Origin: Calditrichaceae bacterium
GTDB lineage: Bacteria > Calditrichota > Calditrichia > Calditrichales > JBFXGD01
Length of the DNA stretch: 64,000 bases
Direction: 5' to 3'
Assembly: GCA_050173015.1 (NCBI GenBank)
Contig: JBFXLE010000004.1
Location: 96,001 to 160,000 of the forward strand
Position 1 is the stretch's first letter. Every line of letters begins with the position of its first letter. Made by a program: the position numbers and the translations under genes. Below the pieces are notes generated by a model. The model had not been told where the DNA came from. It ran no database searches and worked only from the letters and a program-made list of their open reading frames with translations. Below are positions 47,605 to 58,709 of this stretch, one piece after another.

Positions 47605-50012
47605 AATTTATAACCTGCTGTAAAGTAAGCGTTTGTTCTATACTGATCCGGATAGTAAACGCTTTTTGATCCGCGGCTGATGATAAATTCAAGCGGACCG
47701 ATAAGCGATAAAAATTTTACTCCGATTCCATACCCAAGAAGTAATTCTGTCTGAGATAATCCTATGTTTTCATCTTCACGGAACATGGCGGCATTTGAAA
47801 TTATCGTAAAAAAGATATCTTTTTTGAATTGATAACGATAGTCAAACCTGAGAAATCCGTACTTTGTGCCGGTAAGCTGTTTATAATCCACGCCGACAAA
47901 TGAATCGGGACCGCCCTGATAACTGTATTTATAAATGGGTATGTCATCAATTCCCCAGCATTGAAATCCTTTTACTCGTAATGTATGTCTGTTAAAGATT
48001 GTATGATAGATATCCATGGAAACATCAACACGGTTATAGTTGAGATCGGAATATAGATCCGTCATACTTAATTCATAATTTGCTTTTAAGGAAAATCCGT
48101 TTTTTGGCAATAACACATCATCGAGTAAATCCATTGTTAATGATGCCTGTATCATCCGTAGTTTATCTTTCCAACTGGGGAATAAATCAGGATCCGGATA
48201 AGAGATATTGGGATCTATATCCATATACTCATGCCTATATTCCGCTTCAGCTACTAAAATATTACTCAATAATATCCCGATACCGATCCCAAACGCATGG
48301 GAGCGGTCGTTATATGTAGCTATTTTTTTACCGTCTTGTTCATAAATATCGACAGGAATATCTTTGAAATCGTAACGAATATATGGGTAAACCGGGAAGT
48401 CAAGAGTTCGCGAAGGGTACAATGTTTTAGACTGAATTCGGGTTAAACCGGCAAATTGCAATGTCAGCTCGTTTCTCAAGCCGGGGATAAAAACATTTGT
48501 CGCCTGTAATCCGACGATACCGACGGCGTTGTAGAAATTATCATACCGGAAACCGATTCTAATCTTGCGTAAAGGCTTTTCTTTGACTCTGATTACCAGC
48601 CGGATCCGTTTTTCCGAATACGGTTCAACCTCGTAAGTGATGGTTTCAAAATAACCCAGACTGTAAAGTTGAGTCACTCGTTCCTTCAATTTCTCCTGGT
48701 CGAAAGACTCACCAGGAATAATGCCAATCACCCGGTAGATAAAAGTGAATGGAAGCGATTCATTGCCCTCGATTGAGATCCCTTGTATGAGCGGTGTTTG
48801 ATGTTCTCTGATATTGACCGTAATTTTTACATTGTTTTCAGTAACTTTTTCGGCATCGCAGTCAATATACTCATATCGGCCGGAGGATTTTAATTGCTCG
48901 ATGTTCCTTCTGAGTTCGTCAGGTTTAAACGTTTTTTCCGGATGAATATCAAGTAAATCGGATATATACTTGAAGGGTAATGATGATTGACCCACATAAC
49001 TGATACTTTGAATGTACAATTCTTCTTTCGAGTGAGTAAAAGGATCAATATTCATTTCATCCTGGGCGAAATGTTTTTTCTTTAGTTCAATTAACTGTGA
49101 TTTTAGATCACTTGCCGCTTCGTCTCCGATTTTAATAATCTTCTTAACTCTTTCAGATTCAAAATCAGCTGAAGTAAAACCTTCCAGGTCTGGGGTAATC
49201 AGAATATCGGTCTTCGCGATATTTTCCTTTTCTTTTTGAAATCCGGGGATATTGATCGACTGATCCAATATCTGTAAGAGAGATTTCAGGTCTTCCCTTT
49301 TTTTCAGCGGGGTGCCCACATTGACCGCGATGACTAATTCGGCCCCCATATCGCGGACTACATCCACGGGTAGGTTGTTGAGCAATCCCCCGTCAATTAA
49401 CAAAGAGTCGCCCCAGGTGACCGGACTAAATACACTTGGGATAGACATGGTTGCCCTCATGGCCCTTGAGAGTGATCCTTTTTTTAAAATAACCTCATTA
49501 CCCGTAATCAGGTCAACAGTCATACACCTGAATGGTATGGGCAGCTCGTCAAAGTCATTGATAGATTCCACAGGCACCGTCAAACTTGAAAAAAACAGGG
49601 AGATCTTTTGTCCGTTAATCACGCCGCTGGGAACGACAGGCGTAAATCCTTTCAGTCCGAATTCAATTTGGTAAATGCCGTCGTCTTTTTTTTGCAGATA
49701 TGGGAGGTTCTGCCGCGAAGGCTTATCGCTTAAATACTCCAACCAGTCCGATTCCAAGGCTAGTTTTTCAATTTCTTTCCCTGAATAACCGGTGGAATAC
49801 AAGGCTCCCATAATCCCGCCCATGCTTGTCCCGGCAATATAATCGATCGGAATTTGCAAAGAATCAAGCATTTTTAATGTGCCGATATGGGCAAAGCCCC
49901 TCGCCCCGCCTCCCGCGAGAACGAGTCCGATTTTCGGACGATCAATTTCTGCGCCGATAACATTGGTTATGACCAAAGAGGTGAGAAGCCATATCAGGAA
50001 AATTTTTTTCAT
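47601..50012 (-). CDS. patatin-like phospholipase fused to POTRA domains and an Omp85-type barrel (PlpD-like)
   Basis: GGGARG, GTSMG, DGG; POTRA-like segments; C-terminal GYKF. Confidence 0.88.
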   Translation of the reverse strand: MKKIFLIWLLTSLVITNVIGAEIDRPKIGLVLAGGGARGFAHIGTLKMLDSLQIPIDYIAGTSMGGIMGALYSTGYSGKEIEKLALESDWLEYLSDKPSRQNLPYLQKKDDGIYQIEFGLKGFTPVVPSGVINGQKISLFFSSLTVPVESINDFDELPIPFRCMTVDLITGNEVILKKGSLSRAMRATMSIPSVFSPVTWGDSLLIDGGLLNNLPVDVVRDMGAELVIAVNVGTPLKKREDLKSLLQILDQSINIPGFQKEKENIAKTDILITPDLEGFTSADFESERVKKIIKIGDEAASDLKSQLIELKKKHFAQDEMNIDPFTHSKEELYIQSISYVGQSSLPFKYISDLLDIHPEKTFKPDELRRNIEQLKSSGRYEYIDCDAEKVTENNVKITVNIREHQTPLIQGISIEGNESLPFTFIYRVIGIIPGESFDQEKLKERVTQLYSLGYFETITYEVEPYSEKRIRLVIRVKEKPLRKIRIGFRYDNFYNAVGIVGLQATNVFIPGLRNELTLQFAGLTRIQSKTLYPSRTLDFPVYPYIRYDFKDIPVDIYEQDGKKIATYNDRSHAFGIGIGILLSNILVAEAEYRHEYMDIDPNISYPDPDLFPSWKDKLRMIQASLTMDLLDDVLLPKNGFSLKANYELSMTDLYSDLNYNRVDVSMDIYHTIFNRHTLRVKGFQCWGIDDIPIYKYSYQGGPDSFVGVDYKQLTGTKYGFLRFDYRYQFKKDIFFTIISNAAMFREDENIGLSQTELLLGYGIGVKFLSLIGPLEFIISRGSKSVYYPDQYRTNAYFTAGYKF

Positions 50013-50290
50013 TTTAGTTGACCATATAAAGGATTTTTTGGATAATTTTTTAATTCAGCAAAATAAACTTAATCTTAATTTAGATTTTGGCATAAATCCA
50101 AATAAAAAACAAGATTTATTAAAAAATTCGTTCTAAATCGTTCAAAATTGTTTTTTTGTTGTATTCTATGGATAAATTTTTATATATTTTTTTGTCTTTG
50201 AGATATTCATTATTCCAATTTATCCATTTTTAAACAATATTTATTATTCTGACAAATTATATGTTACCGGAATTTATCGCGGGAGAGACC

Positions 50291-52495
50291 ATGAAAAAAA
50301 GTTTTATTCTCATGGTGACGCTAAATTTTGTCACCTTAACCTTTTCCAGTGGCATCGCTCAGATACTCCTGACATCAATGGATACGCCGATAAATATAGA
50401 TTTCACAAGTTACGATGGCAGCGGATTTACTTCGACACCGGCCGCAGGCCAGCTTGACTCCGATAATTGGGCCGCGACAGGAATGTCAGATGGTAACCTT
50501 GATTTTGGGGGTACAATGACCACGGGGGATTACGCCCGGGGCGTAACGACAGGAGCGGTTTCAACAGGAGGATTTTATGCTCTGAACGATAATGCTGATA
50601 TAAGATTTATGATACAGCCGGCCGGATCTGACTGGACCCCGGGAACAATCATTTTGAAAATACAAAATGTAACCGGTGAAACGCTGACTAAGATTGATGT
50701 ATCATACGATCTTTTTATAAATAATGATCAGGACCGGTCAAATTCATTAAATTTTTCCTGGTCTGTCGATAATTTGAGTTACCATAATGAATCCTCCGCG
50801 GATTATTCTTCTCCTGAACTTTTTGATTTAAACGGATTTGTATCTGCGGGCACTATGAGTATCAGTGTGACCGGAATTAATATCGTAGATGGTGATTATT
50901 TTTACCTGAAATGGACGGGTAATGACATAGGCGGAAGCGGCAGCCGGGATGAATTCGCGCTGGATAATATTCAAATAACCGCGGTGAGTCCGCCATCAAA
51001 CACCACTGTTCGATTTTTATTGGCGTCAGATATAGCGAGTGAAGGGGATGGAATTTATGATATCACCGTTTCAATCACCAATCCTGATCCATTAAATGAC
51101 ACATACGCGGATGTGGTCTTAATCAGCGGGGATGCGGCGGATATTAATAATTTTATATCTCAAACTGTTACATTCCCCGCCGGAAGTTCCGCTGACCAGA
51201 CCGTTTCAATAACCATAACAGATGATATGGTCTATGAAAAAACGGATACATTGATATTTGATCTGCAAAATGTTTCCGGAGGGGATGCCGCCTCTGTTTA
51301 TTTTCCGGATCAGTTTGAGCTGGATATTTATGATGATGACATACCGCGGATTATGGTGAGTGAAATTATGCAAAACCCGGCTGCGGTTGCGGATACGGAT
51401 GGGGAATGGTTCGAATTATATAACCATGAAGATTACGCGGTGGATCTCAATGGATGGGTGATTAAGGATGACGGCACAGATTATCATGTTATCAATAGTC
51501 CGGGGCAGGCGGTGATACCGGCGAAAGGCATATTTGTCCTTGGCATCAACGGTGACACCGGACTCAATGGTAACTATACAACCGATTACGTATATAGCGG
51601 TATTACCTTAGCAAACGGCGCAGATGAGGTCGTTATTTTATTGAGTGACGGAATCACTGAGGTGGACCGGGTGGCCTATGACGGAGGGCCGGTTTGGCCG
51701 GACCCAACCGGAGCGTCAATGGTATTCACAGGGCTTCCAATCGATAATAACAATAATGGCGCCTTCTGGTCCATTGCCACATCCCGCGAGTATTCTTATG
51801 TGGGAGTCACAGGTGATTTTGGATCTCCGGGATCAATCGGTGTCGATCAGTCACTGCCGGTGGAATTATCATCATTTACGGTTGCAGAGGTCGATGAGAC
51901 CGCTGTATTGCGCTGGGAAACTCAATCGGAAATTGAAAATCTGGGATTTGATGTTCTGCGTTCGATGATAAAAGATGGAGAATATGAAGAGATTAGCTCA
52001 TATTTATATGACAGTTCTCTAAAAGGAGCAGGCACGACATCAACAAAATCAACATACTCATATACGGATCGATTTCTATCCAACGGCGTAACATATTGGT
52101 ATAAACTGGTTGATGTTGACATAAACGGTATTCGAACAGAACACGGCCCTGTTTCGGCAACCCCTCATCAGTCCGTACTTATGTCCGGGACAGGCAGTAT
52201 CCCCCTGAGTTTCGCGCTTCACCAGAATTATCCGAATCCTTTCAATCCATCAACTCGGATCAGTTTTGATATTCCATCCAATGGAAAAGGTGCTGTTAAT
52301 GCTGAACTTATGGTTTATGATGTCCTCGGAAGAAAGGTAAGAACCATTGTTTCAGATTCCTTTATGCCGGGAACATATGAGATGGAATGGGATGGAAAAA
52401 ATGATCAGGCGATTCCGATGTCATCAGGAGTGTATTTTCTTACTCTAAAATCAGATTCCTATGCTTCAACACGCAGAATGATTTTGGCAAGATGA
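50291..52495 (+). CDS. secreted protein with Calx-beta-like, lamin-tail and FlgD/CTD domains
   Basis: SEIMQNP..GEWFELYN (LTD), LPVELSSF..W.TQSE.ENLGF, QNYPNPFNP. Confidence 0.82.
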   Translation: MKKSFILMVTLNFVTLTFSSGIAQILLTSMDTPINIDFTSYDGSGFTSTPAAGQLDSDNWAATGMSDGNLDFGGTMTTGDYARGVTTGAVSTGGFYALNDNADIRFMIQPAGSDWTPGTIILKIQNVTGETLTKIDVSYDLFINNDQDRSNSLNFSWSVDNLSYHNESSADYSSPELFDLNGFVSAGTMSISVTGINIVDGDYFYLKWTGNDIGGSGSRDEFALDNIQITAVSPPSNTTVRFLLASDIASEGDGIYDITVSITNPDPLNDTYADVVLISGDAADINNFISQTVTFPAGSSADQTVSITITDDMVYEKTDTLIFDLQNVSGGDAASVYFPDQFELDIYDDDIPRIMVSEIMQNPAAVADTDGEWFELYNHEDYAVDLNGWVIKDDGTDYHVINSPGQAVIPAKGIFVLGINGDTGLNGNYTTDYVYSGITLANGADEVVILLSDGITEVDRVAYDGGPVWPDPTGASMVFTGLPIDNNNNGAFWSIATSREYSYVGVTGDFGSPGSIGVDQSLPVELSSFTVAEVDETAVLRWETQSEIENLGFDVLRSMIKDGEYEEISSYLYDSSLKGAGTTSTKSTYSYTDRFLSNGVTYWYKLVDVDINGIRTEHGPVSATPHQSVLMSGTGSIPLSFALHQNYPNPFNPSTRISFDIPSNGKGAVNAELMVYDVLGRKVRTIVSDSFMPGTYEMEWDGKNDQAIPMSSGVYFLTLKSDSYASTRRMILAR

Positions 52496-52505
52496 TATGC
52501 AACAC

Positions 52506-52535
52506 AAAAAAAACCCGCTACTGGCGGGTTTTTTT
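52506..52535. terminator. bidirectional intrinsic terminator
   Basis: A8-CCCGCTA-C-TGGCGGG-T7 between convergent genes. Confidence 0.85.
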
Positions 52536-52545
52536 ATATTTATAG

Positions 52546-53478
52546 CTAAAGTATAATTGAAATCCCAATCCCAACACAGAACAGAACGAAGAAAAGCAGA
52601 TGGATTTGCACATTCATTTTTGCCGCCACTTTGAGAACGTCAGGATTTGAATGATTGGCCTGGACAATAAGCCAGGTTTTTGGAAAAATCACAATATATG
52701 GTATAAGCGCCAGAAGAATTAACCAGCTTCCGGAAGTGAAGAAGATAGTTAAAACTATAATATCAACAACTAAAGCCGTTTGAATTATCAAGTACAATTT
52801 TGCCGCAAATCCTGTGCCCATTCTCGCGGCGACACCCAATTTTCCCGTTGCCTGATCGGCCGGCAGATCAATCATCTGACCCAGGAGCAAAATCGACAGA
52901 GTGCTGATACCTGTGGCCGGCATCGCCGCCAGGATGACCGGATGAAATCCGATATTCTGACTGACGGCGGCAACCATGATTGCCATTGGTCCAAACGCGA
53001 ACCAGACCGAAACTTCCCCAAGGCCGCGGCTCGCCAGTTTTACGGGAGCCGCGCTGTAATATTTACTAAACCATGCGGAAAGAATGTACAATCCCCATAA
53101 AAGAGGCCAGAGATTCCTATCAATCACAAAAGTGAGACCGACTGCCGCAAAAAACGCGATGATTAGGCTGATTCTGGCGATGAAGAACATTTTCCCCTGC
53201 AATTCCGGGTGATCCAGAAGGACACCGGAGCCGCCGCTGAATTCATTACGGTGAACATTTATTTTGTCTGTCCCCTGTAGTGTATCGTAAATATCGTTAT
53301 ATACGTTGGTGGCTGAATGAAGCCCCAGACCCATGATCAGGACAAGAAAAAATCCGGCAGGACTAAATGTATCGCTTATTAATACGCTTAACAACGTCCC
53401 CGCGATAAGGGGTGATAATATGGATGAAAAAAACGGAGCGCGGATCATCTGCAAAATACCCGGTTGTTCTTTTGTCAT
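52546..53478 (-). CDS. UbiA-superfamily prenyltransferase, MenA-like
   Basis: RAPF, NVYNDIYD..GTD, GGSG, LASRGLGE, DLPAD..GK; start MTKEQ with SD GGGAGG. Confidence 0.82.
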   Translation of the reverse strand: MTKEQPGILQMIRAPFFSSILSPLIAGTLLSVLISDTFSPAGFFLVLIMGLGLHSATNVYNDIYDTLQGTDKINVHRNEFSGGSGVLLDHPELQGKMFFIARISLIIAFFAAVGLTFVIDRNLWPLLWGLYILSAWFSKYYSAAPVKLASRGLGEVSVWFAFGPMAIMVAAVSQNIGFHPVILAAMPATGISTLSILLLGQMIDLPADQATGKLGVAARMGTGFAAKLYLIIQTALVVDIIVLTIFFTSGSWLILLALIPYIVIFPKTWLIVQANHSNPDVLKVAAKMNVQIHLLFFVLFCVGIGISIIL

Positions 53479-53683
53479 TAAGTCCTCCCTTTCTCTCGGT
53501 TTTAAATTGTTGTCAAACAAACATGAATACACCGGCGCTTGAACATTATAGTTGAAATAATCATTACCGCCAAGCAATTAATATTATTGGGTATGAGGAA
53601 TAAAATATAAACTATTGCCATTTTGATCGCATATAACTTAATTTTTACAAGAATTATTTTACCGAACCTAAAAGGCGGAAAAA

Positions 53684-54661
53684 TTGAGTATCTGGAAACC
53701 TGAAGTTTATCATGGAACCGGGAAAAAGAGGAAGTTTTTTGAAGGTTGGTTTTATAAATTTGTCGATAAAACAGCGGAATACGTTTACGCTGTGATTCCG
53801 GGAATTTTTATTGCCGACAATCCGCAAGATTCGCATTCTTTCATCCAGGTACTCGACGGGCAATCTCATCAGGCGACCTATCATCGTTTTTCGGTTGAGT
53901 CTTTTAGCGCCTCCGCGGACAGGTTGGTTATCAATATTGGAAAAAATCATTTTTCTGATACATCAGTAAAATTAGATATCGCGGATGATCTTCGACCGAT
54001 AAAGGGTAAAATAAAGATGGATAAGCTCAATCCCTGGCCGGTCAGTTTTTTTTCTCCGGGTGCGATGGGATGGTACGCGTTTGCGCCATTTATGGAATGT
54101 TACCACGGTGTTGTGAGTCTGGACCATAAAATAGACGGAAATCTCCTCGTGAATGGCAATCAAATTTCATTTAATAAAGGCAAGGGGTATATTGAAAAGG
54201 ACTGGGGGAAGTCATTTCCTTCTGCTTATGTCTGGATTCAGTCAAACCATTTTCAAAGACCGGGTACAAGCCTGATGGTTTCAGTGGCAAGAATACCATG
54301 GCTCACCGGTGATTTTCGTGGTTTTATCATCGGATTTAAGTTAAACGGTGTTTTGTATCGGTTTACAACATACACCGGAGCCCGACTAAGCCACCTGAGG
54401 CTCACGGATACACACGTAAGTCTTGAAGTAACTAACCGGAGGTTCAGATTGCAGGTTGAAGCTGTTCGCGCGGAAGGAGGGCTGTTACACGCTCCGTACG
54501 AAATGTCAATGATCATGAGAGTCGCGGAGACGCTCAGATCACAGGTGCATGTCAGATTGGAGAGATTGGAGAATGGGGGAGGCGGGATAATTTTTGATGG
54601 ATCCGGAGATCCCGCAGGGCTGGATGTGAACGGAAAATTGGAAGAAATTGTGTATGGTTAA
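53684..54661 (+). CDS. tocopherol cyclase family protein
   Basis: FFEGWFYK, MGWYAF.PFMECYH, GYIEKDWGKSFPSAYVWIQSNHF. Confidence 0.88.
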   Translation: MSIWKPEVYHGTGKKRKFFEGWFYKFVDKTAEYVYAVIPGIFIADNPQDSHSFIQVLDGQSHQATYHRFSVESFSASADRLVINIGKNHFSDTSVKLDIADDLRPIKGKIKMDKLNPWPVSFFSPGAMGWYAFAPFMECYHGVVSLDHKIDGNLLVNGNQISFNKGKGYIEKDWGKSFPSAYVWIQSNHFQRPGTSLMVSVARIPWLTGDFRGFIIGFKLNGVLYRFTTYTGARLSHLRLTDTHVSLEVTNRRFRLQVEAVRAEGGLLHAPYEMSMIMRVAETLRSQVHVRLERLENGGGGIIFDGSGDPAGLDVNGKLEEIVYG

Positions 54662-54700
54662 ATAACAGCCTTAGATTTCATTACATCTCACTCATCCGCA

Positions 54701-55489
54701 TCAATTTGTCCGCGTGAGCCAATCAACGACATCCATAACCGAATCAATTATTTCGTCGGCATAAACAATTAAGTCAGCTGAACGGTGAAAAATATTTTTT
54801 AACGCCAGACATTTTATTCCTGCCGCCTTCGCGCTTCGGACGCCCGCTATCGAATCTTCAATCGCCAAACAATTCTCCGCCCGCATATTCAAAGCCTTTA
54901 ATGCATTAATATAAATATCCGGCCCGGGTTTCTTATTTTGCACATCATCCCCGGCAATAATCGTGGTGAAAAAGTCGCTTAACCTAAAGGCGTGGTCAGG
55001 ATGATGTGAAAGATTTTCCAGCACCGCGTCAATTTGTGACCGTACGGATGATGATGCCAGCGCCATCCTGATGCCGTAATTATAACAATAGTCGATCAGC
55101 TCCGGTATCCCGGGGATTGTGGATAACTGTATTTTATTGATAAGCTGAAGATAGATCTCATCACGACGATTTATGCCCTGGTTGACCGATATTTCACTTC
55201 CCTGAAGATACACACGATTAATTGTCTTTATATTTTCATCAACCGAATAACCAATCAGCGACCTTAGAAATTCTTCCGTATAGTCAACGCCGAGTTCATC
55301 CAGAAACAAGCGGAAGGATTCCATGTGAATCGGTTCCGTGTTTACCAGAACACCGTCCATATCAAGAATAATCGCATCCGGCACCGAAAAATTTATCACA
55401 AAAGATTTCCTCATTTTAAATACAGGCTCATCCAAAAATTTATCGGAGTTTGAGTCAAAAATCAATTCGCGTGGCATGTTAATTTTCAA
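54701..55489 (-). CDS. HAD-family phosphatase
   Basis: LDMDGVLVNTE, ASSS, KKPGPDIY, IEDS..G; start uncertain. Confidence 0.88.
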   Translation of the reverse strand: MKINMPRELIFDSNSDKFLDEPVFKMRKSFVINFSVPDAIILDMDGVLVNTEPIHMESFRLFLDELGVDYTEEFLRSLIGYSVDENIKTINRVYLQGSEISVNQGINRRDEIYLQLINKIQLSTIPGIPELIDYCYNYGIRMALASSSVRSQIDAVLENLSHHPDHAFRLSDFFTTIIAGDDVQNKKPGPDIYINALKALNMRAENCLAIEDSIAGVRSAKAAGIKCLALKNIFHRSADLIVYADEIIDSVMDVVDWLTRTN

Positions 55490-55504
55490 TTAATAATTGG
55501 ATTT

Positions 55505-55873
55505 CTAAAACATGAGTTTCATAAAAGAAAGAATAATAAGTCCTGTGGCGCTGACCCATGCCATAAATATTAAAAGCAGTACTATCTGCGGAAAATTGGG
55601 AGTACGGATAACATGACTGAATCCATAGTAATTATAAAGAAATTCAATAATTCCGTAAACCAGCATTGACTGATCGGTAAATTTAATTCTCAGCATCACC
55701 ATGATGATCAATGCGCTGGGCAGACCGTAATAATAAATTTTCCGAATCAAAAAATACCTGGATCTGAAATTCGGGGGGAGAAATGATATGCCCTGTTTTC
55801 TGCGTTTATGATGTGAAAAAATAATGAGAAGCAGGAAACATAAAGTGAGCAACTGACTATATTGAATATTCAT
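55505..55873 (-). CDS. hypothetical membrane protein
   Basis: 122-aa hydrophobic ORF co-oriented with the HAD gene. Confidence 0.5.
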   Translation of the reverse strand: MNIQYSQLLTLCFLLLIIFSHHKRRKQGISFLPPNFRSRYFLIRKIYYYGLPSALIIMVMLRIKFTDQSMLVYGIIEFLYNYYGFSHVIRTPNFPQIVLLLIFMAWVSATGLIILSFMKLMF

Positions 55874-56123
55874 TTCCGGTCCAACATGACAGTTTAAACG
55901 CGTTAAAGATTGACATGGGAATACGGAAATAATATATCTAAAATCAGATGAATGACAAAGTGTTTTTTAAAAAGCGGGCCTTCTGGCGTTATAAATGAGA
56001 ACGCGCGGTTGATAGTTTGATCCTTAAGTATATTGTCATGATAAAGGTTGATTCGAGAAAATATTTGTATTGCGGGCGGTTCTTTTTAAATTAATTCCAT
56101 AAAACGCTTGTTGGAGAAAACAG

Positions 56124-56906
56124 ATGTTTTCCTATGTGAATACAGGGATTGCCAATATTTACAAAAACCCCGATTTCCGCAGTGAGTTGGTTTCTCAGGC
56201 GGTGCTATGGGAACAACTACGCTGCTCGGAGCGTGAAAATCATTTTATACGCGTTATCTCAGAAGACGGATACAGCGGCTGGATCAATGAATTTCAGTTG
56301 ACGGAACGGGTTCAAAATCCGGACTTCGAATTTAAGGTGATTACAGCGCCGGTAGTTTATTTTTATTCAAAGCCAGGGGATGACTGTGCCATCGTCCGGG
56401 ATGCGACTTCAGGAGTACGTATTCCGGTTCTTGGGGAAAACAACCATTGGTATCAAACTGTTTTTCCGGATGGGCAGACCGGATGGATCAAAAAATCGTT
56501 TTTTGAAGATGTGCCGTTAAATGAACGAGGCGATTTAGTGAAGACAGCAAAAAATTTGATTGGAATACCATATTTTTGGGGTGGGAAAACACCAAAAGGA
56601 TTTGATTGTTCCGGCTTTACCCAATTTGTTCACAAAATGTCCGGAATTAATCTGCGCAGGGATGCATGGATGCAATTTGATGATGCGTGTACAGTTTCGA
56701 CTGATCCGCAGAATGGAAAACCCGGGGATCTTTGCTTTTTTTCAGAAAAAGAGAATCATATTTCTCACGTGGGAATCTGCGTGGCTCCGGGTAACATTAT
56801 CCATGCAAGAGGTATGGTGCGAATCAATTCCTTAAATGCGGATGACCCGCTTTTCGACCGGTCTCTGTTGGATGCATTCACTGAAATTCGCAGTTATTTT
56901 GATTAA
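56124..56906 (+). CDS. SH3 + NlpC/P60 peptidase (YkfC-like)
   Basis: PYFWGG..GFDCSGF, RDA, GDL.FF, SHVGI, IIHA. Confidence 0.9.
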   Translation: MFSYVNTGIANIYKNPDFRSELVSQAVLWEQLRCSERENHFIRVISEDGYSGWINEFQLTERVQNPDFEFKVITAPVVYFYSKPGDDCAIVRDATSGVRIPVLGENNHWYQTVFPDGQTGWIKKSFFEDVPLNERGDLVKTAKNLIGIPYFWGGKTPKGFDCSGFTQFVHKMSGINLRRDAWMQFDDACTVSTDPQNGKPGDLCFFSEKENHISHVGICVAPGNIIHARGMVRINSLNADDPLFDRSLLDAFTEIRSYFD

Positions 56907-56939
56907 AAAGTATATCAGGAAATTATCCCGGGGTAAAGG

Positions 56940-57446
56940 ATGACATTAAACAGACATGTTCTGGTACTCAATCAGAATTTTGAACCGCTTCTCGTGTGTA
57001 ACGCAAAAAAAGCGATTGTATTGATTTATCTCTCCAAGGCGCAGTTGCTTGAACATTATAATATGGCTGTTCATTCGGTTTCAATGAGCATACCGTATCC
57101 GAGTGTAATTCGACTCAATCATTATGTGCGTAAACCTTACAAACGTATTGTTATGAACAGAAAAAATATTCTGCGAAGGGATCACAATACTTGCCAGTAT
57201 TGCGGTAAGAACAGTCAGCCGATGACAATTGATCATGTCATTCCGAAAAGTTACCAGGGTGATGATACCTGGGAAAATCTTGTATGCGCCTGTCTGAAGT
57301 GCAATACAAAAAAGGGCAACCGTACGCCGGAGCAGGCCGGAATGAGTCTTCTGAAGGTTCCCGGCAAGCCGAGCCATCTGTTTTTTCTGCAATATTTAAC
57401 AGGAAAAATTCCTCCCGCCTGGAAACCATATATGTTTTTAAATTAA
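56940..57446 (+). CDS. HNH endonuclease family protein
   Basis: VLVLN, PSVIRL, RD..CQYC, TIDHVIP, WENLV.AC..CN..K. Confidence 0.9.
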   Translation: MTLNRHVLVLNQNFEPLLVCNAKKAIVLIYLSKAQLLEHYNMAVHSVSMSIPYPSVIRLNHYVRKPYKRIVMNRKNILRRDHNTCQYCGKNSQPMTIDHVIPKSYQGDDTWENLVCACLKCNTKKGNRTPEQAGMSLLKVPGKPSHLFFLQYLTGKIPPAWKPYMFLN

Positions 57447-57643
57447 AACCAAAGTTTGAAAACTTTGTTTGATAGACTAATCTTGTTTTTGTAAATTAGT
57501 TTCTCAGTTAACGTCTTGCTTTATCCCGGTAATAATTGAGATTTCCCGATACCGGAGAAATTTAATTTGAACGGATAAATAAATAAGTATAAATGTTACC
57601 GATTCACATCTGAATCGGTTTCTTCAATGAACAGGGAATCCGA

Positions 57644-58657
57644 ATGAATAAAGAAACCATCCTGACCGGTATTACCACCACAGGAACGCCGCATCTTGGG
57701 AATTATGTAGGAGCCATCAGGCCGGCGATTATGGCGAGCCGCAATCCGAATGTGTCGTCATTTTATTTTCTTGCTGACTATCACGCTCTGATAAAAAATC
57801 GTGAACCCGAACGTTTGAAACAATCAAGTCTGGAAATAGCGGCTACCTGGCTCGCGCTGGGCCTGGACACAAATACATCCATATTTTACAGACAATCGGA
57901 CATTCCGGAAATTCTGGAACTTACATGGATTTTGACGTGCATGACCGCCAAAGGGTTAATGAACAGGGCGCATGCTTATAAGGCTGCCGTCGCGGATAAT
58001 GAGTCAAACGGTTCAAAGGATCCGGATCACGGTATAACGATGGGACTGTTCAATTACCCGATACTCATGGCGGCTGATATTCTCATGTTTAAAGCGGCAA
58101 AGGTACCCGTGGGCAAAGATCAGATACAGCATATTGAAATGACCCGGGATATCGCGGCCAGATTCAACCATTATTACGGCGATCATTTTGTGCTTCCAAA
58201 CGCGGTAACGGATGAAAACACCGCAATATTGTCCGGACTCGATGGCAGAAAGATGAGTAAAAGTTATGATAATACGATCCCCCTGTTTGAGCCGGAGAAA
58301 AAGCTTCGGAAGCTGATTATGAAAATCAAAACAAACTCTCAGGAACCGGGTGAACCAAAAGACCCTGAAACTTCAACTCTTTTTGAGATTTACCGCGCAT
58401 TCGCGACAAAAGAAGAGACGGAAGCCATGCGAAAACAGTATGAAGATGGTATCGCATGGGGTGAAATGAAACAGTTGCTTTTTGAATACATCAACGCTCA
58501 GCTTTCAGAACCGAGAGAACGTTATAACGAACTGATAAAGACACCGGAGTTCATAGAAAAAGTATTACAGGAAGGAGCGGAAAAAGCGCGGGAAGTTAGT
58601 ACGCCATTCCTGGGGGAAATACGAAAAGCAATTGGTTTTCAGGCGATTGGATCATGA
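57644..58657 (+). CDS. trpS: tryptophan--tRNA ligase
   Basis: [28 protein letters not shown]. Confidence 0.96.
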   Translation: MNKETILTGITTTGTPHLGNYVGAIRPAIMASRNPNVSSFYFLADYHALIKNREPERLKQSSLEIAATWLALGLDTNTSIFYRQSDIPEILELTWILTCMTAKGLMNRAHAYKAAVADNESNGSKDPDHGITMGLFNYPILMAADILMFKAAKVPVGKDQIQHIEMTRDIAARFNHYYGDHFVLPNAVTDENTAILSGLDGRKMSKSYDNTIPLFEPEKKLRKLIMKIKTNSQEPGEPKDPETSTLFEIYRAFATKEETEAMRKQYEDGIAWGEMKQLLFEYINAQLSEPRERYNELIKTPEFIEKVLQEGAEKAREVSTPFLGEIRKAIGFQAIGS

Positions 58658-58709
58658 TGATTATGCTCCGGATAAAAACTATAGACAATGTTTACTCAGG
58701 TTAATAACA

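Noticed and set aside
56940-57446. HNH protein as a mobile element or defence system
   Set aside because: It is the common stand-alone VLVLN/PSVIRL HNH type in a housekeeping context, with no methylase, repeats or intron features.
57447-57643. T-box leader upstream of trpS
   Set aside because: Hairpins exist (ACCGATTCA/TGAATCGGT) but there is no GGTGGNACC T-box or terminator.
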